From the NCBI GenBank assembly GCA_023213395.1, contig CM041465.1:161393741-161457740 (forward strand): a DNA stretch of 64,000 nt. The letters are read 5' to 3'. The stretch's first letter is position 1, and each line of letters begins with the position of its first letter. A program made the translations under genes and the position numbers. A model generated the notes under the pieces. That model was given only the letters and a program-made list of their open reading frames with translations. It had not been told where the DNA came from and did no database searches. Origin of the DNA: Cycas panzhihuaensis (Eukaryota; Plantae; Cycadophyta). This document shows positions 12,487-25,759 of the stretch, piece by piece.

Positions 12487-15262
12487 ATTTTGATAGGAAA
12501 GCTTCGAGCCTCCAGGGTGTCTCTTTATCACATGTGGATATATGATTATACTTCTCCCTGTAAGGATTTTGGCTTCCTTAGGTATATTACCAAGATGATG
12601 TACCATACTTATCATGATATACCATATGATTTTATATATGCGTATGTGTGTGTAGATAGATAGATAGATAGGGGACACATTGGTATCCCATTTTAATTCA
12701 TGATGATGCTGTCTATTATATCTATGATGTTCTTATTTTGTTTGTGATGTAGTTTATTCTTTTTACGATGATCATAGATAGAAATAGACATGGGTATACC
12801 TAGATATGGGTGCACAGATGCATGAGGAATAATACATTTGGATAGTTTGATTTGATTGTTATATTATAGTTTTGACTATATTATATATAGGCCATGCCCA
12901 TGTGCTTCCCTTTATGTGACCCCATGCTCACACTAGGCATATATGATCACCATGTATAAAGTAGACGGTTACGTATAGGACTAGGCCGAGGTGCCACACA
13001 CATTCCTCGGGATAAAAAATGTGGCTTCACCACAGAAGCAGTAGTAAGGGGGGTTCATATACCCAAACAAAAAGAGCCTAAGTTAGGAGGTGACCCCACA
13101 CTTAGAAGAAAATGAGTTTTTCTTACCTAACGAGAAAAAGGGAAGGACTCTTTCAAAAAGGAGGTGAAGAGAGACAATTCTAAAACAATGAAATCAAGAG
13201 GATAGGATGCCACTCTAAACAATTATTACACCTTTGACTAGTAAGAACAATGGTGTGCCTAGAGCAGTAGTTTAGGCTCATTTTGGAGTGAGGGAAAGTG
13301 CAACTATTCTACTTGGAAGTAGCAAGGGTCATACATAAAACTTCTTTAGGAATTTGTTGTTTACAAGTTTCTCAAATTCAAGACCCTCCAATGTTGCTAT
13401 CCTATATGCACCATTATCGAGGCTCTCAAGGATGATAAATGGGCTAACCCGCTTGGGCCTAAACTTGGATAGATGATTAAGGAGGTACTCAAGCTTGAGG
13501 ACGTGGTCCCCAAGGTTTAGCAGATGAGGATGTAGACATTTGTCATATGCCCTTCATGCCCTAGCCTTAGAGGCAAGGTTCACTTGGTATGCTACCAGGC
13601 ATTTCTTTTCCAAGGCTTTGAGATTAAGGAGGTGGGCTTGGTGGCACAATTCCTCATCAACAAGACCTCGAAGAGAGACCTGCAATGAAGGGATCTCAAC
13701 TTCTAAAGGGAGGGTCACTTTAGTCCTATACATAAGGGAGAACAAGGCCATCCTTATCATAGTGCTAATGGAAGTATGATAAGCCCACAGGGCAGAAGGG
13801 AGTTAAAGGTGCCAATCACTTTGGGATTAGGTAACCATTTTCTTTAGAATGCTAATAAGGATTTTGTTTAATGATTTAATTTGGTCATTGACCTAGGGGT
13901 AATAAGGAGAGGAGGTCTTATGAGATATCTTGAACTTCTCACAAAGTTCATCCACCTCCTTATTGAAAAAAGGTATGCCATTATTTATGATCAGGATGTT
14001 TAGGACCCTGAATCGACAGATAATATATTAATGGATAAAGGTGGCAGTGGTCTTACTAATAGTAGATTACAGTGAGACTACTTCAACCCATTTGGTAAAG
14101 TATTCCATCGCAGTGAAGATGAACTTATGTTATGACAATAAGGGTGCAATTATAGCTCCAATAAGGTCTAATCCCTATTAAGAAAAAGGCCATGGAGAAA
14201 TAATAGGATGCAGGGCCTCAAAAGATAAATGGATAATATTAGCATGCACTTGGCACCTTCTAGAATGCTACACATAATCATGGGTGTCCTTGAAGAGGGA
14301 CAGTAAGTAGTAGCTCATGCGAAAGATCCTTTAGGCCATGGATTAGCCTCTAAAATGGCCTCCAAAAATTCCACTGTGATACTCATGGAGAATTTATTTT
14401 GCTTTGTTAAGATTAACATAGTAGAGGAGAATCCCATCAAAGTATCTCCTATACAATACTTCTTTTATGAGGAAGTATTGCCTAGTTATAGCCATAACAT
14501 ATGAATTTACCTTGTCACTAGCATTAGGGGGGATTATTATTGGGTAAGATATTGCATGATATCCCCATACCATTTTCTATTGGCTAGTGGATGTGGTAAC
14601 GAGTCTTAGATGGTTAGGGTAGGCTTGTTGGGTAAAGAATCATCAACTAGGTGGTTTGAAAGGTTAGGAATGAGGGCATCAGCTAGTTGCTCGACAACCA
14701 CCATTCCTTTCTATGATTTTCTATTAATGATTTTGAGGTTGTATTCTTAAAGGAGGACAACCCATTTTACCTATCCTTCTAGTCAATTTGGACTAGGTTA
14801 AAAGGTACCTCAACAGATCAAATTAGATGATCATGTGAGTGGTATTCTCGAGGAGGTAATGTCTGAACTTTTTAGTCACATGGACCAAGCCTAGGCATTC
14901 TATTTTAGCAGGTGGGTAGTTAAAATTAGCTACCACTAATATACAATTAATGAAATATATAGCATGCTTGGTCCCTGAATCATCTTCTTAGGCTAGCATG
15001 GCTCCCAAGGACTCATCGATAGCCAAGGTATAAAGAATAAATGGGTGATCAAAGAGAGGGGACACCAAGATTAGGGCAAAGGCGAAGGCCTTTTTGAGCT
15101 CTTGGAATGCCTCCTTAACTTTAATAGACCATACAAATGGGGCCCCTTTTCTTTAGCAAGTTTGTTAGAGGCTTGGCATTTATGGTGAAGTCTACCAAGA
15201 AATGCCTAAAGAAACCTAGTCTGCCCAAAAATGACTTAATTTAACATGGCATTTTGGGTGGG

Positions 15263-17280
15263 TATAACAATCTAATTCCTCTAACCATTCAATCATATAG
15301 AGAAATAGAAATAGAAAATGATAAAGAAGGGGATGAAGTTCGAAAGAATATTCATTAACATAAGGTTACAAAATACATCATGATTATCCCACTTATACAT
15401 TACATACATATATATGGGGCTATTAAGGTTGCCCATCTCTTAAACTTATGTATATGGGATAAATACAATAAGAGTAACCTCATATGGTGGAGGATTATAA
15501 AATGCCCCCCCTCCCCCTCCCCCTTCCCTTGAAATGCTTCATCCTCAAAGCATCATGATTTAATGATACATATGACCATCTCTTGTTATTATTCTTCAAT
15601 CAATAGCTCTTGTGAATGTTGGTAGAAAAATTACACATGGAATAGGGATCTATCCATCCTAAGTTGATCTTGATACACCCTGAATATCCTCTAATATACT
15701 CTGGATATCTATAATGTTGAAACCTTAAGCTAGAATATTGTGCTTGCCTAGTATTTATAGTTGATGAGTGCCTTACCTGAAAAGTTTTACTGTGTTGGGC
15801 CTCTTGATAATGTGGATGCCGATATGGTTACACTTTAGCTTACTTTTTAACCATTAGTGATGTCTTTTCTTCCTTGTCCTTGAGTGCAACTAGTGATGTA
15901 GGGTGGCAAACAACTTTTGTCACTTTCTCTTAATATTCCTTTTCTCCATCATCATCTTTTTTTCTTCTTGACTTTGTGCAATGGGGAGAATTCCTTGTCC
16001 TAACTTTTGCTTATACTTCTTAAGAATTTCATAAGCTTCTTATTTGTCTTTCTCATGGATTTGCATCTCTTTCCTCCAAGAATCATCATACTTTCCAAAC
16101 ATATCTAATATTAGCTAGGAAACTAAATTTAATGAACTAGAACTATACCACTCCTTAAACCAATTATAAGTCTTGCTTTGTAGATATAATGAGGCTACTT
16201 TAGTCATCTCTTTATTTCTCATGTAGTTATCATCAAGTGATTTTAAATATGCACGTATATCTGTAGCCCAGTCATTTACATAAAGGGTCCTATCTCCATT
16301 AAATATGTGTAGTGTGGGCCTTTTTGTAGCCATAATAATGTGGATGTAGGAGAGATTAGAGGTGTCTATAGCTTATTATCTCCTAATTTTGATACAAAAA
16401 ATATTGGGCCTCAAGAGTAATGGTTTACTAACCAAAGTCTGAATGGCTAAGAAAATATAGTATGAAATCCTTAAATTTTAAAAAAATTATTTCTAAAAAA
16501 ATATATAGCTCAAAAATATATAAAATATAGACTAAGAAGATAAACTCTGAAATACGATTCCAATGGTATAAACAAAATTGAATTTTTATATCTAGATCAA
16601 AAGTTATACCTCTTATAAGAATTTCACTGTTCGGGTTTTCATGGGCCACAATAGTACCTATTGATAAAATGCTAATAACGTTTTACTCCAAACTCTAATT
16701 AGCCTTAAACCATATCCATTAGAAAGTAAATTAAAAAATTCATAGAAAAAAAAAAAACTTGAGGTCATTTGGATACTTGTAATAAAAGTTATAACTCTTT
16801 AAATTTGAGGTTGCAGATTTGTCCTAAAAATATAGAGATAGAAAAAAAAAGGTCAAAATTAATTTTACTATAATTTTTACACTTCCACCTCAAAATTTAT
16901 AGTGTAACCACTCAAAATTTATAGAATGAGCCATTCTGTCTTAAATTTACCATTATTTTTTAGAATTGTTAACGTTTATTCTCTGAAATATACTTTCAAA
17001 CCCTTGATGACACCTCCAAGACCGTCACTCTTATACCAATTGTAACGGTCTGATTCCTATAACCATTTAATCATAAATAAATAGAAATAGAAAATGATAA
17101 AGAAGGGGATGAAATTCTAAAGAACATTTATTAACATAAGATTACAAAATACATCATGATGATCCTACTAATATATATTACATGCATATATATGGGGTTA
17201 TTAAGGCTTCCCATCTCTTAGACTTATGTATGTAGGATAAATACAATAAGAGTAACCTCATATGGTGGAGCATCATAAAA
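15263..17280 (-). mobile_element. 2.0-kb non-autonomous chromovirus-derived (Reina-like) LTR mini-element
   Basis: 240-bp LTRs at 15263-15502 and 17041-17280, Met-type PBS (TGGTATAAGAG) at 17028-17038, G-rich PPT at 15504-15530, TSD GTGGG/GCAGG. Excision restores the host reading DIPPPK. Confidence 0.85.
16115..16333 (-). pseudogene. gag: Gag remnant of the mini-element
   Basis: LHIFNG...W...AYL...KVASLYLQSKTYNW resembles chromoviral Gag (FxG..W..YF..KV.AxxYLxGxAxxW). Confidence 0.6.
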
Positions 17281-19779
17281 GCAGGGGTATATCAAGAATG
17301 GCTTTAACCTTATTAGGGTCAATCTACATCCCTTGTTTAGAGATAAGAAAACCTAAAAGCTTATTGGCAGTCATGGCAAACATGCATTTGAGAGGGTTCA
17401 AACTATTGTGGTATTTGAAGCATTGTGTAAAGATAACATGTAAATCCTTAGGGTTGTGGGATTTCTTATGGGAGAGGCCCATCATGTCATCCATAAAAAC
17501 CTCAAGAGTATTATTTATGAGATCATATAAAATAAACTACATTACCCTTTGATAAGTGGCACATGCATTCTTTAATCCAAAGGGCATTACTTTATAGGCA
17601 AACGTGCCCCATGGGGTGGTGAAGGCCATCTTGTGATAGTCTTTGAGGGATATTTATATTTGGTTGTATCCAAAGAAGTTATCCATTAAGGACATAACTT
17701 TAAAACCTCTAGTCAAATCGATGATCTGATCGATAAATGGTAAAGGAAAGTTATCCTTGGGACAAATGTTGTTTATGTTCCATAAATCAACATAAATTCA
17801 GATCATCCTATTCTTTTTGTCAATGAGAATGATATTGGATATCCACTTGTGGTAATCAATGGAAGTGATTAGTCCTATGTCTAGGATCTTTTCCACTTCC
17901 ATTTTCACTATGGTAGATAGTTTGAGATGGAGAGGCCGTTGCTTTTGCAGAATGGGGGTACGCGCTTGGGATAGTTGTGAGGTTATGGGTAATAATGGAG
18001 GGATCTATTCTCTTCATATCTGAATAGTCTCATACAAATATGTCACAAAACTCTTGGAAAAGGAGGGTATATTCCTCCACTTCCTTAGATGTACATTCTA
18101 CTCTAACCCTTATGACCTTGCTAGGGGTGAGGATGATATTCTTGGTTGCCCCCATGCATATGGCATTCCCCTCTTCAAAGTGGAGGGGAGCTTGGTTAAT
18201 GAAAGGAGGTAAGAGAATGCTAGACTAATCTAGGTTAGCTAGGGGTGACCCTAGGGCTAAGATCTTTCGAAAACCAAGTTTATGGTGACTGGAAGAGAGG
18301 TTGGGTGTGGATCCCATTAGATGTTCTAATAGAGCTTCATCATTCTCAAAGTAATCTATCCCATGGATAGTCTTGCTTAGAGGTGATGGGGAATGGAGTG
18401 AAGGGGGTGTAATGGGTTTATAGCAGTTGAACCACCACTCCACATAGTTTGGAGACTCCTCAAAAGAGTAAAAAGGTATCCTCCTATGTCATGGAAGACG
18501 AGAGTCCTTACTCTCATTGTTAGCAGAGGATGATAAGGTGTGGGGAGTAGATGAAGATAAAGGAGAGCAAGAGCCCATGCATGTGGTAGGAGTGACCATA
18601 TGTGATTCCCTAGATATGATAGGAGTGCTACACTCCTCTAAAGAGGTCCTAGGCTAGGGCTTAGGACTAGATGGGTGGTGAAGCAAGTGCCCCCTATGGA
18701 TGTTAAGGAGGGATATGGGGTAAGGGGGCTCCTTGTCCTCATCATTAGACTCATGGTCACTCAGAACAATGAAGTATCCATAACTCCCAACACCAATGGG
18801 GGCGAAGTAAATGAGGTTTGAGGAGGAAGGGGAGGGCCCTTGCTCTAATCTAGAAGTCCTAGGGACATCGATCAAATAAGTGGAGGAATGGGCAAACAAA
18901 TCCTTGCTACCCCTCATTAGGTCGCGAGCCACCTAATGAGATTAATGTAATGATCGAGTGGGAGGAGGCTCTTGAGAAATAATCTTCATCCACCCTTTGT
19001 GGATGAACTTTAGCTGCCCCCTAATGGGATAAGCACATGGCTCCCATCTAGTCAAGCCATGGGCATCCCAACAAGAGGTTATAGTCCATGTCTACATCGA
19101 GGACTACTATGTTAGTGAGGATGGTTTTGTCCTCAAGGGTGAGAGGAATAAAAACTGATCACAAGGGCATCTTTTCACTATCATTGTAGCCTTAGAAATG
19201 CCATGGGACCAACTCAAGAGCTGTTATACCCAACTCTTGCATTACACACAAGGGCATAACATTGACAAAAGAACTATTGTCTACAACTATTCTTCTAAGA
19301 GTGCATTATGGAGTGTCTATGGAGATGGTGAAAGGATAGTGCCATTGGTGCTCCCTTTCACTTATCATACGGAGGTCTTTAAGATCAAAGGTGATGAGAG
19401 GCTCCAAGTTTGGGGTGGCACCTAAAGCATGGATGGGAGCATTAGCTAGACCTAAAGCCTCAAGGAAAAGAGTGTGCTACTTAGGGAAACTCTATAAGAT
19501 GTCCATCATGGACATTATGGCAACCATGGTATGGAGTTCGTCAACAATTGAGGACTTTCCATTCCCAATAGGTTAGGGAAGTGCCCTTTGGAAGTCATAA
19601 CAACCTGGATGAATGGGAATAGTCTTAGGGATTTCTAGAATTTTAGAAGGTAGATTATCCATAGAAAAGTTATATTGTGAAGAGGAGGCCCCAATGGCCT
19701 TTTTGGCTGCTTGAGATCTCGTGATGGCATACAAAGGAGTGGTCTCAAGTATCTGAATAACTCTCTTTCCCTTATTACA

Positions 19780-22560
19780 TGATTGAGAGGATGAAGAGGT
19801 TTAAGGGAAAGAACTAAGAGGAGAAGATGAGTTCCTTGTCCTCTTTCCTTTCACTTACATAGAAGAGGGGTTAGGGGATCATCCCCTATTCCTATTTTCT
19901 CTATTTTGGGTATGTTGGTCCCATTCTCCATGTTTGGGAAAGGGATCTTGATGGATGGGTTGGTTTAAATTGGGCTTTGACACTTGCTTAAGGGAAGAGT
20001 CATGAGGTGGGGCAAGTTCCAAGTATTGTTCCCAATACTATGACTCCTTATGGAAGCACTCACCATGAGCGAAGCACTACTTCTTATTTGAGAAAGGTCT
20101 AGTCTTCTTGGTTTGAGAAGAGTGGGTGTTTCTATTTTTGGGAGGTGTAGCTTGGGAGGCCTGATGGATGGGCCTAGAAAGATCTAAAGGTGATGAGGAG
20201 GGTTGGAGCTTAAGCTCCTTCATCATATGTCTGAACGAACATATAACATAAGTTAATGGGTCTAAGGTCTTCTCTATTGAGTGGGTAGAAGGCCTTAGGG
20301 GTTGTTGGGATCATTGGTCATGTAATGGAGGGGGTGCCTCTCATCGTTGTGATGACTTGAGAGGTTTCTTAAGACCCACCTAGATCTCAATGGCCTTGAG
20401 TACCAAGCATTTTGCTATGGAAAAGCCACACGTTATTACCCATATTTTAAGGACTTCAACATCGACTTTGGGATAGAGGGCATTCATGAAGAGGTCCCTT
20501 TTTAATTTGTTAGGCAACGTGGCCTTTATGGAATGAAGAAGGTCATGAAAATACCTCATGAAGTTATGATTCATTTCATCATGACCTTGCTTGAGCGAGA
20601 GTAGGGCTTTAATCCTACTCTCAAAAGGATAAGCTATGTCAAAATAATTAATGAATTCATCCAAAACCTATTAGAAAGAATGAATGGAATGGGCGAGGAA
20701 ATGATAGAACCACTTGAGGGCATCTCCCTACAAAGAACGGGCAAAGAGTTTCATTAAGATATATTCATAGGCCCAATAGTTAACGCATGCCACGGAGAAT
20801 CTCCTTATGTGCTTAGTTGGGACCTATGACGAGGTCCCATTAAATTTGGGTACCTCAGGGGATTGAGGCAGTAGGTTTGTCCTAAGTGCCTTAATGGATA
20901 GTGGAGTTGATCTATAGTCAATGAAATGTCAAACCCTTGGTTGAACTAATGGGTTAGTAAAAGAGGAAGGAGGAGGTACATACAAATACCCAAATCCTCC
21001 TTAAGGAGTTTGAGTATGAGGAAGATATAGGTTCCCTCCTGCTTGGCGGGAGGGAACCATTCCCATTTGAGGGAAAGCTAGAAAGGAGGAAAGTAGGAAA
21101 GAGAGGCCCACTCACCCTTGAGGGTATGCCCCTTGTTGATAAGGGACATGAGAAAAAGGGCCTTAGAGGGGTGAATCCTCCTTATGAAGGCACCATGTGT
21201 GAGGTTGTACATGAAGATGGAAAAGATAAATGTGAGATGGGATTTTTCCCATATGGGCCACCTGTAGGAGGTGCAACTCCATATGGGTGAAGTGAATCTA
21301 CCCCATAAACTAGAAGGGGATTTCCCTTTCTATGCCCCCATAGTTGGAATATATATCCCGAGGGTAGGTAGAGAGAAGAATCCCTTAGTTGGGATCAGGG
21401 ATGTACAAGGATAGATACTACATGGCCTGAAGATGGGGGACATGAGGGCCCCCTAAGTCGTGTAAGAGAGGCATGAACCATAGTTGGTTGGGACATGGTT
21501 TCCTGACTTGGGAGAGGCATTCTCAACCCAATTTAAGATGTGAGTGTGCCTTGGATAGCCCCTTGGACATGAGGACATACAAAAAGAATGGAACAATAGG
21601 GGGTGGCCCTACCCTGGCTATAAGTATGGATTAAGAAGAACTAGGAGGCACAAATGAGGAAGAAGGAAGTGCCATACTACGAAGAATGCTTTCCAACCAC
21701 TTTGGAGGTGGTTGGGTACTTGTAGCTTGGAAACACTACTACAATTCTTCTACAACATCTACAGGAGGGGTCCCCACATGCTCATATAAGGTAGAAGGCT
21801 CCTCATATGAAGTGGAACCTATAGGTCGATCCCCAAGGGTACTTTAGCTAGGGAGGTGGTACTCCACATAGCATGACATTCCCACGTCATGCATAGAGAA
21901 ATGGTGGTGGTCTGAGTATTCTTAATTACATGAATAGAAGATAGGGTCATTATCCTCTTAGGCGAGACCCTAGAAAGAGGTTGAGATTTGTGGTTATATT
22001 TTGGAAACATAGGTATGATATGCCCATTTTGACAAATATCCCTCCATAGTCGATTTAGAATCAGATAAGGGAATGAAGGAATATGGATACTCTTTCAAAA
22101 TGGGAGGGAGACCTCCTAAACGATGAGGAAATTATCGCATTCATATCTCACCTAGAACTTTGGAAGAGGCAAGGGTAAAAGTAGAAGAAAAGGTGTTGGG
22201 GGCTTCCTAATAAATCCAAAGGGTATAGACAAAAGGAGAAAGGCCACACTAACACAAGGGGAAATTACAATGTTCCCTTACCAGTGGTTCCCCAATATGG
22301 TCACCAATGGAAGTGTGCCTTTGGGGGTCACTATAGATGAGAGCTCCTAAGCCAACACTATAATTATAGTAGGGGCCTAGGAACCTCAAAGCGAGGGGGG
22401 GGATAGATTACCCTCAAAGGGTGTCCACACATCAGAACGTAGGTTTAGGGACCCATAAGTATCATTATAACCTTCCCTCTTTTCTGCATATCTTCCTAGG
22501 ATTTATTTGGGGCAAAGGGGCATTCTCAAGTTATGGAGTAGTCGTAGATGGGCTCTCCTA
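19780..22560 (-). pseudogene. gag: Degenerate gag of E2
   Basis: ORF 20380-20664 (DEFINYFDIAYPFE...FHDLLHS...) and PKFNGTSS*VPTKHIRRF...LMKLFARSL*GDALKWF. Homologous to E1 gag. Confidence 0.8.
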
Positions 22561-22689
22561 CCCTTAAGGTGAGTGAGGAAGGAGAAAAGTGCCTCCTTTT
22601 ACGGGGGAGGTGAAAGAGTGATGGTTCCTTATAGAAAGGAAGCATAGAAGTAAGAGGAAAGAGTGATTGTTATTAGAAGTGTGTGAGGG

Positions 22690-25681
22690 TATATTTAATT
22701 TATTACTTAGTTTCAGATACGATGAAAATAACCAAGTCCTAGGGGGTTTCTCCTCATGTTACAAGGAGATAGGAGATAGGTTAGTGTTTGCTCGTTATAG
22801 GATAGGTTTGTTTCCAATCGATAATTATTGCAATTTTTTTGTTGTTGTAATGTTTATATTGCAAGCAAGAGATGTCAAATTAAACTAACTACTCTCCCTT
22901 TCTCTCTTTCCTTTTCTCTCAGAATGTTATTTAAGGAGATGAGAGGGAAGATCAAGGATGCAATAACTAAATATGCGCAACTATTTCCTTTTCTCAATGT
23001 AACTAATAAGAAAGATGTAATAATATTTCCTATTAGTGTAAGAAAGGGACTAAGTGTACTTTCCTTTTATCCTTTTAATATGCGACATGCAGAGTCAAAG
23101 GAAAAGAAGAAACGTACAACACTTCATTTCTAGTGCAGGAGGAAAAGAGAAAGAGATAGTTGATTTTAGGCTTTTCCTTCCTAACGTAATATGCAAATAC
23201 AAACAAGAAACCCAAGTAGCATTATTTTCCTTTTTTATATATTTTCTATTCAAAGGTAAAAAGGGAGGATGAAAGGAGCGAAGAGAGGAAAGGTTGGATG
23301 GAGTGCACTTGGAAACGCGTCGTTTGATGAAGCGGCACATCCCTTCTCTACACTTCCTCCTTATTGGTAACCTTGACCCCCTTGCCATAATGGGTGTTGT
23401 AGACAGAGCTTGAGAGGGGATTCCTTACCTTCCCCAAAATGCTTTAAAGTAAATAAAATGGAAATCAAATAAAATAATGTAACCAAAAGAAGAAAAGTGA
23501 AGGAAGGGAGAGAGTAGTACCTCTTTACCATAGTGTTACCTCGCTTGCATGAAAAGGCAACCATTCTTGTGCTTTGGAAAATATATGTAAACTATTACAA
23601 GTAACAAGAATATACATACATATGTATATATATGTATGTGTGTGTGTGTGTGTGTGTGTATGCATCTATATATCTCTATATATAGATATATATACATACA
23701 CATGTATGCATATGCTTGTTACTTATAATATATATAGTCATGTGTGTGTTTTACCTTACTGAGAATAAAAGTTTACTTCTTATATCTATATCTATATATA
23801 TATATACACATATATACACATGTATGTATATGCTTACTACTTATAATATATATAGTCATGTGTGTGTTCTACCTTGGTGAGAATAAAAGTTTACTTCTTA
23901 TAACAAAAGAAAAACAATGACAATCAGTGCATTATTCTTCTTACACACATCAATGTTCTTATGCAACCACAAAAGGTGGAAGAAAGGGGGTTGAAAGGAA
24001 GAGGATATGGTAACCCCGAGATAGATACCTCCTATGAATGAGACACCTTCTAGGTAGCTAGATATCGTATAGGTGAGTTAGGTGGAAATAAATGATTTAG
24101 ACAAAAACTAGTGTAAGGATTTGTAAATGTTACAAATATTGCAAAAGTTGCAAATCCTGTAAACGCTATAAATATTGTAGAAGATGCAAATGTTTTAAAA
24201 GTTATAAATGTTATAAAAGAAGGTGTAGGAATGACAAGGGTTACTAGCAAGCAAGATGTGCATAATCTGGTGATGAGGTTAATGTTGCAAGTGTTGCAAC
24301 TATTGCAAATATGAAAAGGATCACACCCTATGGGATGCAGTAGCTTATGGAGTATGTATGGTGTGAAGGGATCTTGACAAGTGGGGGTTGCCCTAGAGGA
24401 AGTGGCATTAGGAGTCAGAACACCAACTACTTGTCCTTATTCACCTTCTCAAGAGTAGCCCAAGACCCTTCCTGCCATTAGCTAGTGGGAACCCTAGGAT
24501 AGGATGATAACAACAAGAAGAAATAAGAGGTTTTGCCTCTCCTTGCTTAACGAAATGGAGTAAAAATATATACTATAATATATGTTAGGAATTACAACTA
24601 ATAAAATAAAGTGTATTCAAAGGAAAATAATAGTAAAAACATGTTTTTAGCCATAAAGATCCATACAAGTTAGAAGTTACCTCATAATCAAAGAGAATGG
24701 GAACCAAAACCCTACTTTTCTTATGAAGTTGGCCTCTTTTGGAGAGGAGGAGAACCTTGAATCTCAAAAGAATAGTTATTGTTGCCTTTTGGAGCTTGAG
24801 AGAACAGTTATCTTGCTGAAGAATCCTTTGTTTAGACTTATAAGCTAGGGGTTTTTTCCCTATCAAGTTTTGAGTGGAAGAAGTAAGAAGAAGAGAAGAG
24901 AGGAGAGATATTTCTCATCATGAGAGAGATCCCAAAATAAGTTTAAAATTTGGTTTCTATATCTTGATTAGGGTTTTAGAGGCATTAAGGTTCAGTTTAG
25001 GCAGGATAGACCCCTTAGCCACATGTCAGATTTGAGATAAATGTGAATCTAGTTGTTTTCTAACTGTAACAATTAATGGATAGTTGCCCTATGGTAAAGT
25101 TCATGGTACTATGAAGTTTAAAGTAGTGCTACAAAGTTTGAAGTTGTGTGAAGAAATGTAAAAGAAAATTTTTTAAATATCTTAAAGTAATATAAAGAAA
25201 ACTAGGCCCAAGGGTATAGAGATAGAAACTTGAGGGCTACTAAGGTTCTTTAGGGGCTTTAGGTGGTGGTTGGGCTTCCAAATACATGAAATGGTAAAAG
25301 CCAAACATCAACATTGATGTAAAAAGACTTTAATGAGCAAGCAAGTTAGAACCCAACTTGATGAGTCATATGATAAACTTGAAATGAGTCAAGATTGGCT
25401 GTAGAGGCCCACAAGTACTTGCAAACTCTAGGGAGGTGTTTCTAGCAGCTATATGCTACCATAGAACTATGGTCTTGGTCATCATAAGCTAAAACATAAT
25501 CATAGGAAAGAACTAGGTAAGCGAACCAAGAAGCAAAACAAGCTATGTAACCATCTCATGCCATTGAAACTATAAATACATCTCAGCATGCCATAAAAGT
25601 AGATAGGGTAAGAGATAGGAATGTATACCTATGCTTACCTAAGAGATGTTGCTCCGACCCATTCCCAGTGGCTAGGAAATA
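22690..25681 (-). repeat. 5' LTR of E2 (with an internal ~85-bp duplication and microsatellite expansion at 23610-23900)
   Basis: Direct repeat of 5561-8342. Both termini have decayed (TG>TA and CA>TA). No PBS is recognisable. Confidence 0.9.
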
Positions 25682-25759
25682 AAACCCTTTAACTAAATGT
25701 GGAGGGTCTTACTTCATTTGGACTTGCTTCATTTAGACTTGGTATATATTTAGACTTAG

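Larger units (their letters stand above)
13329..19400 (-). pseudogene. pol: Degenerate pol of E2 (PR-RT-RH-INT), split by the mini-element
   Basis: PR: IVVDNSSFVNV (~19255-19295) and YNLLLGCPWL. RT: CPKDNFPLPFIDQ, FTTPWGTFAYKVMPFGLKNA, VFMDD. RH: KKFRHYLL. INT: PWPFS*(W)GLDLIG, SSPYYP. C-terminus FLKKFYV*. Confidence 0.9.
5556..25681 (-). mobile_element. E2: near full-length Ty3/Gypsy Tat-like element (LTR-gag-PR-RT-RH-INT-extra ORF-LTR)
   Basis: Direct repeats at 5561-8342 and 22690-25681, Gypsy domain order, and a purine tract before the 3' LTR. Confidence 0.9.

Noticed and set aside
8343-13300. env-like ORF (Athila-type)
   Set aside because: No sense-strand ORF with transmembrane character was recognisable. 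The identifiable extra ORF is antisense PMD.
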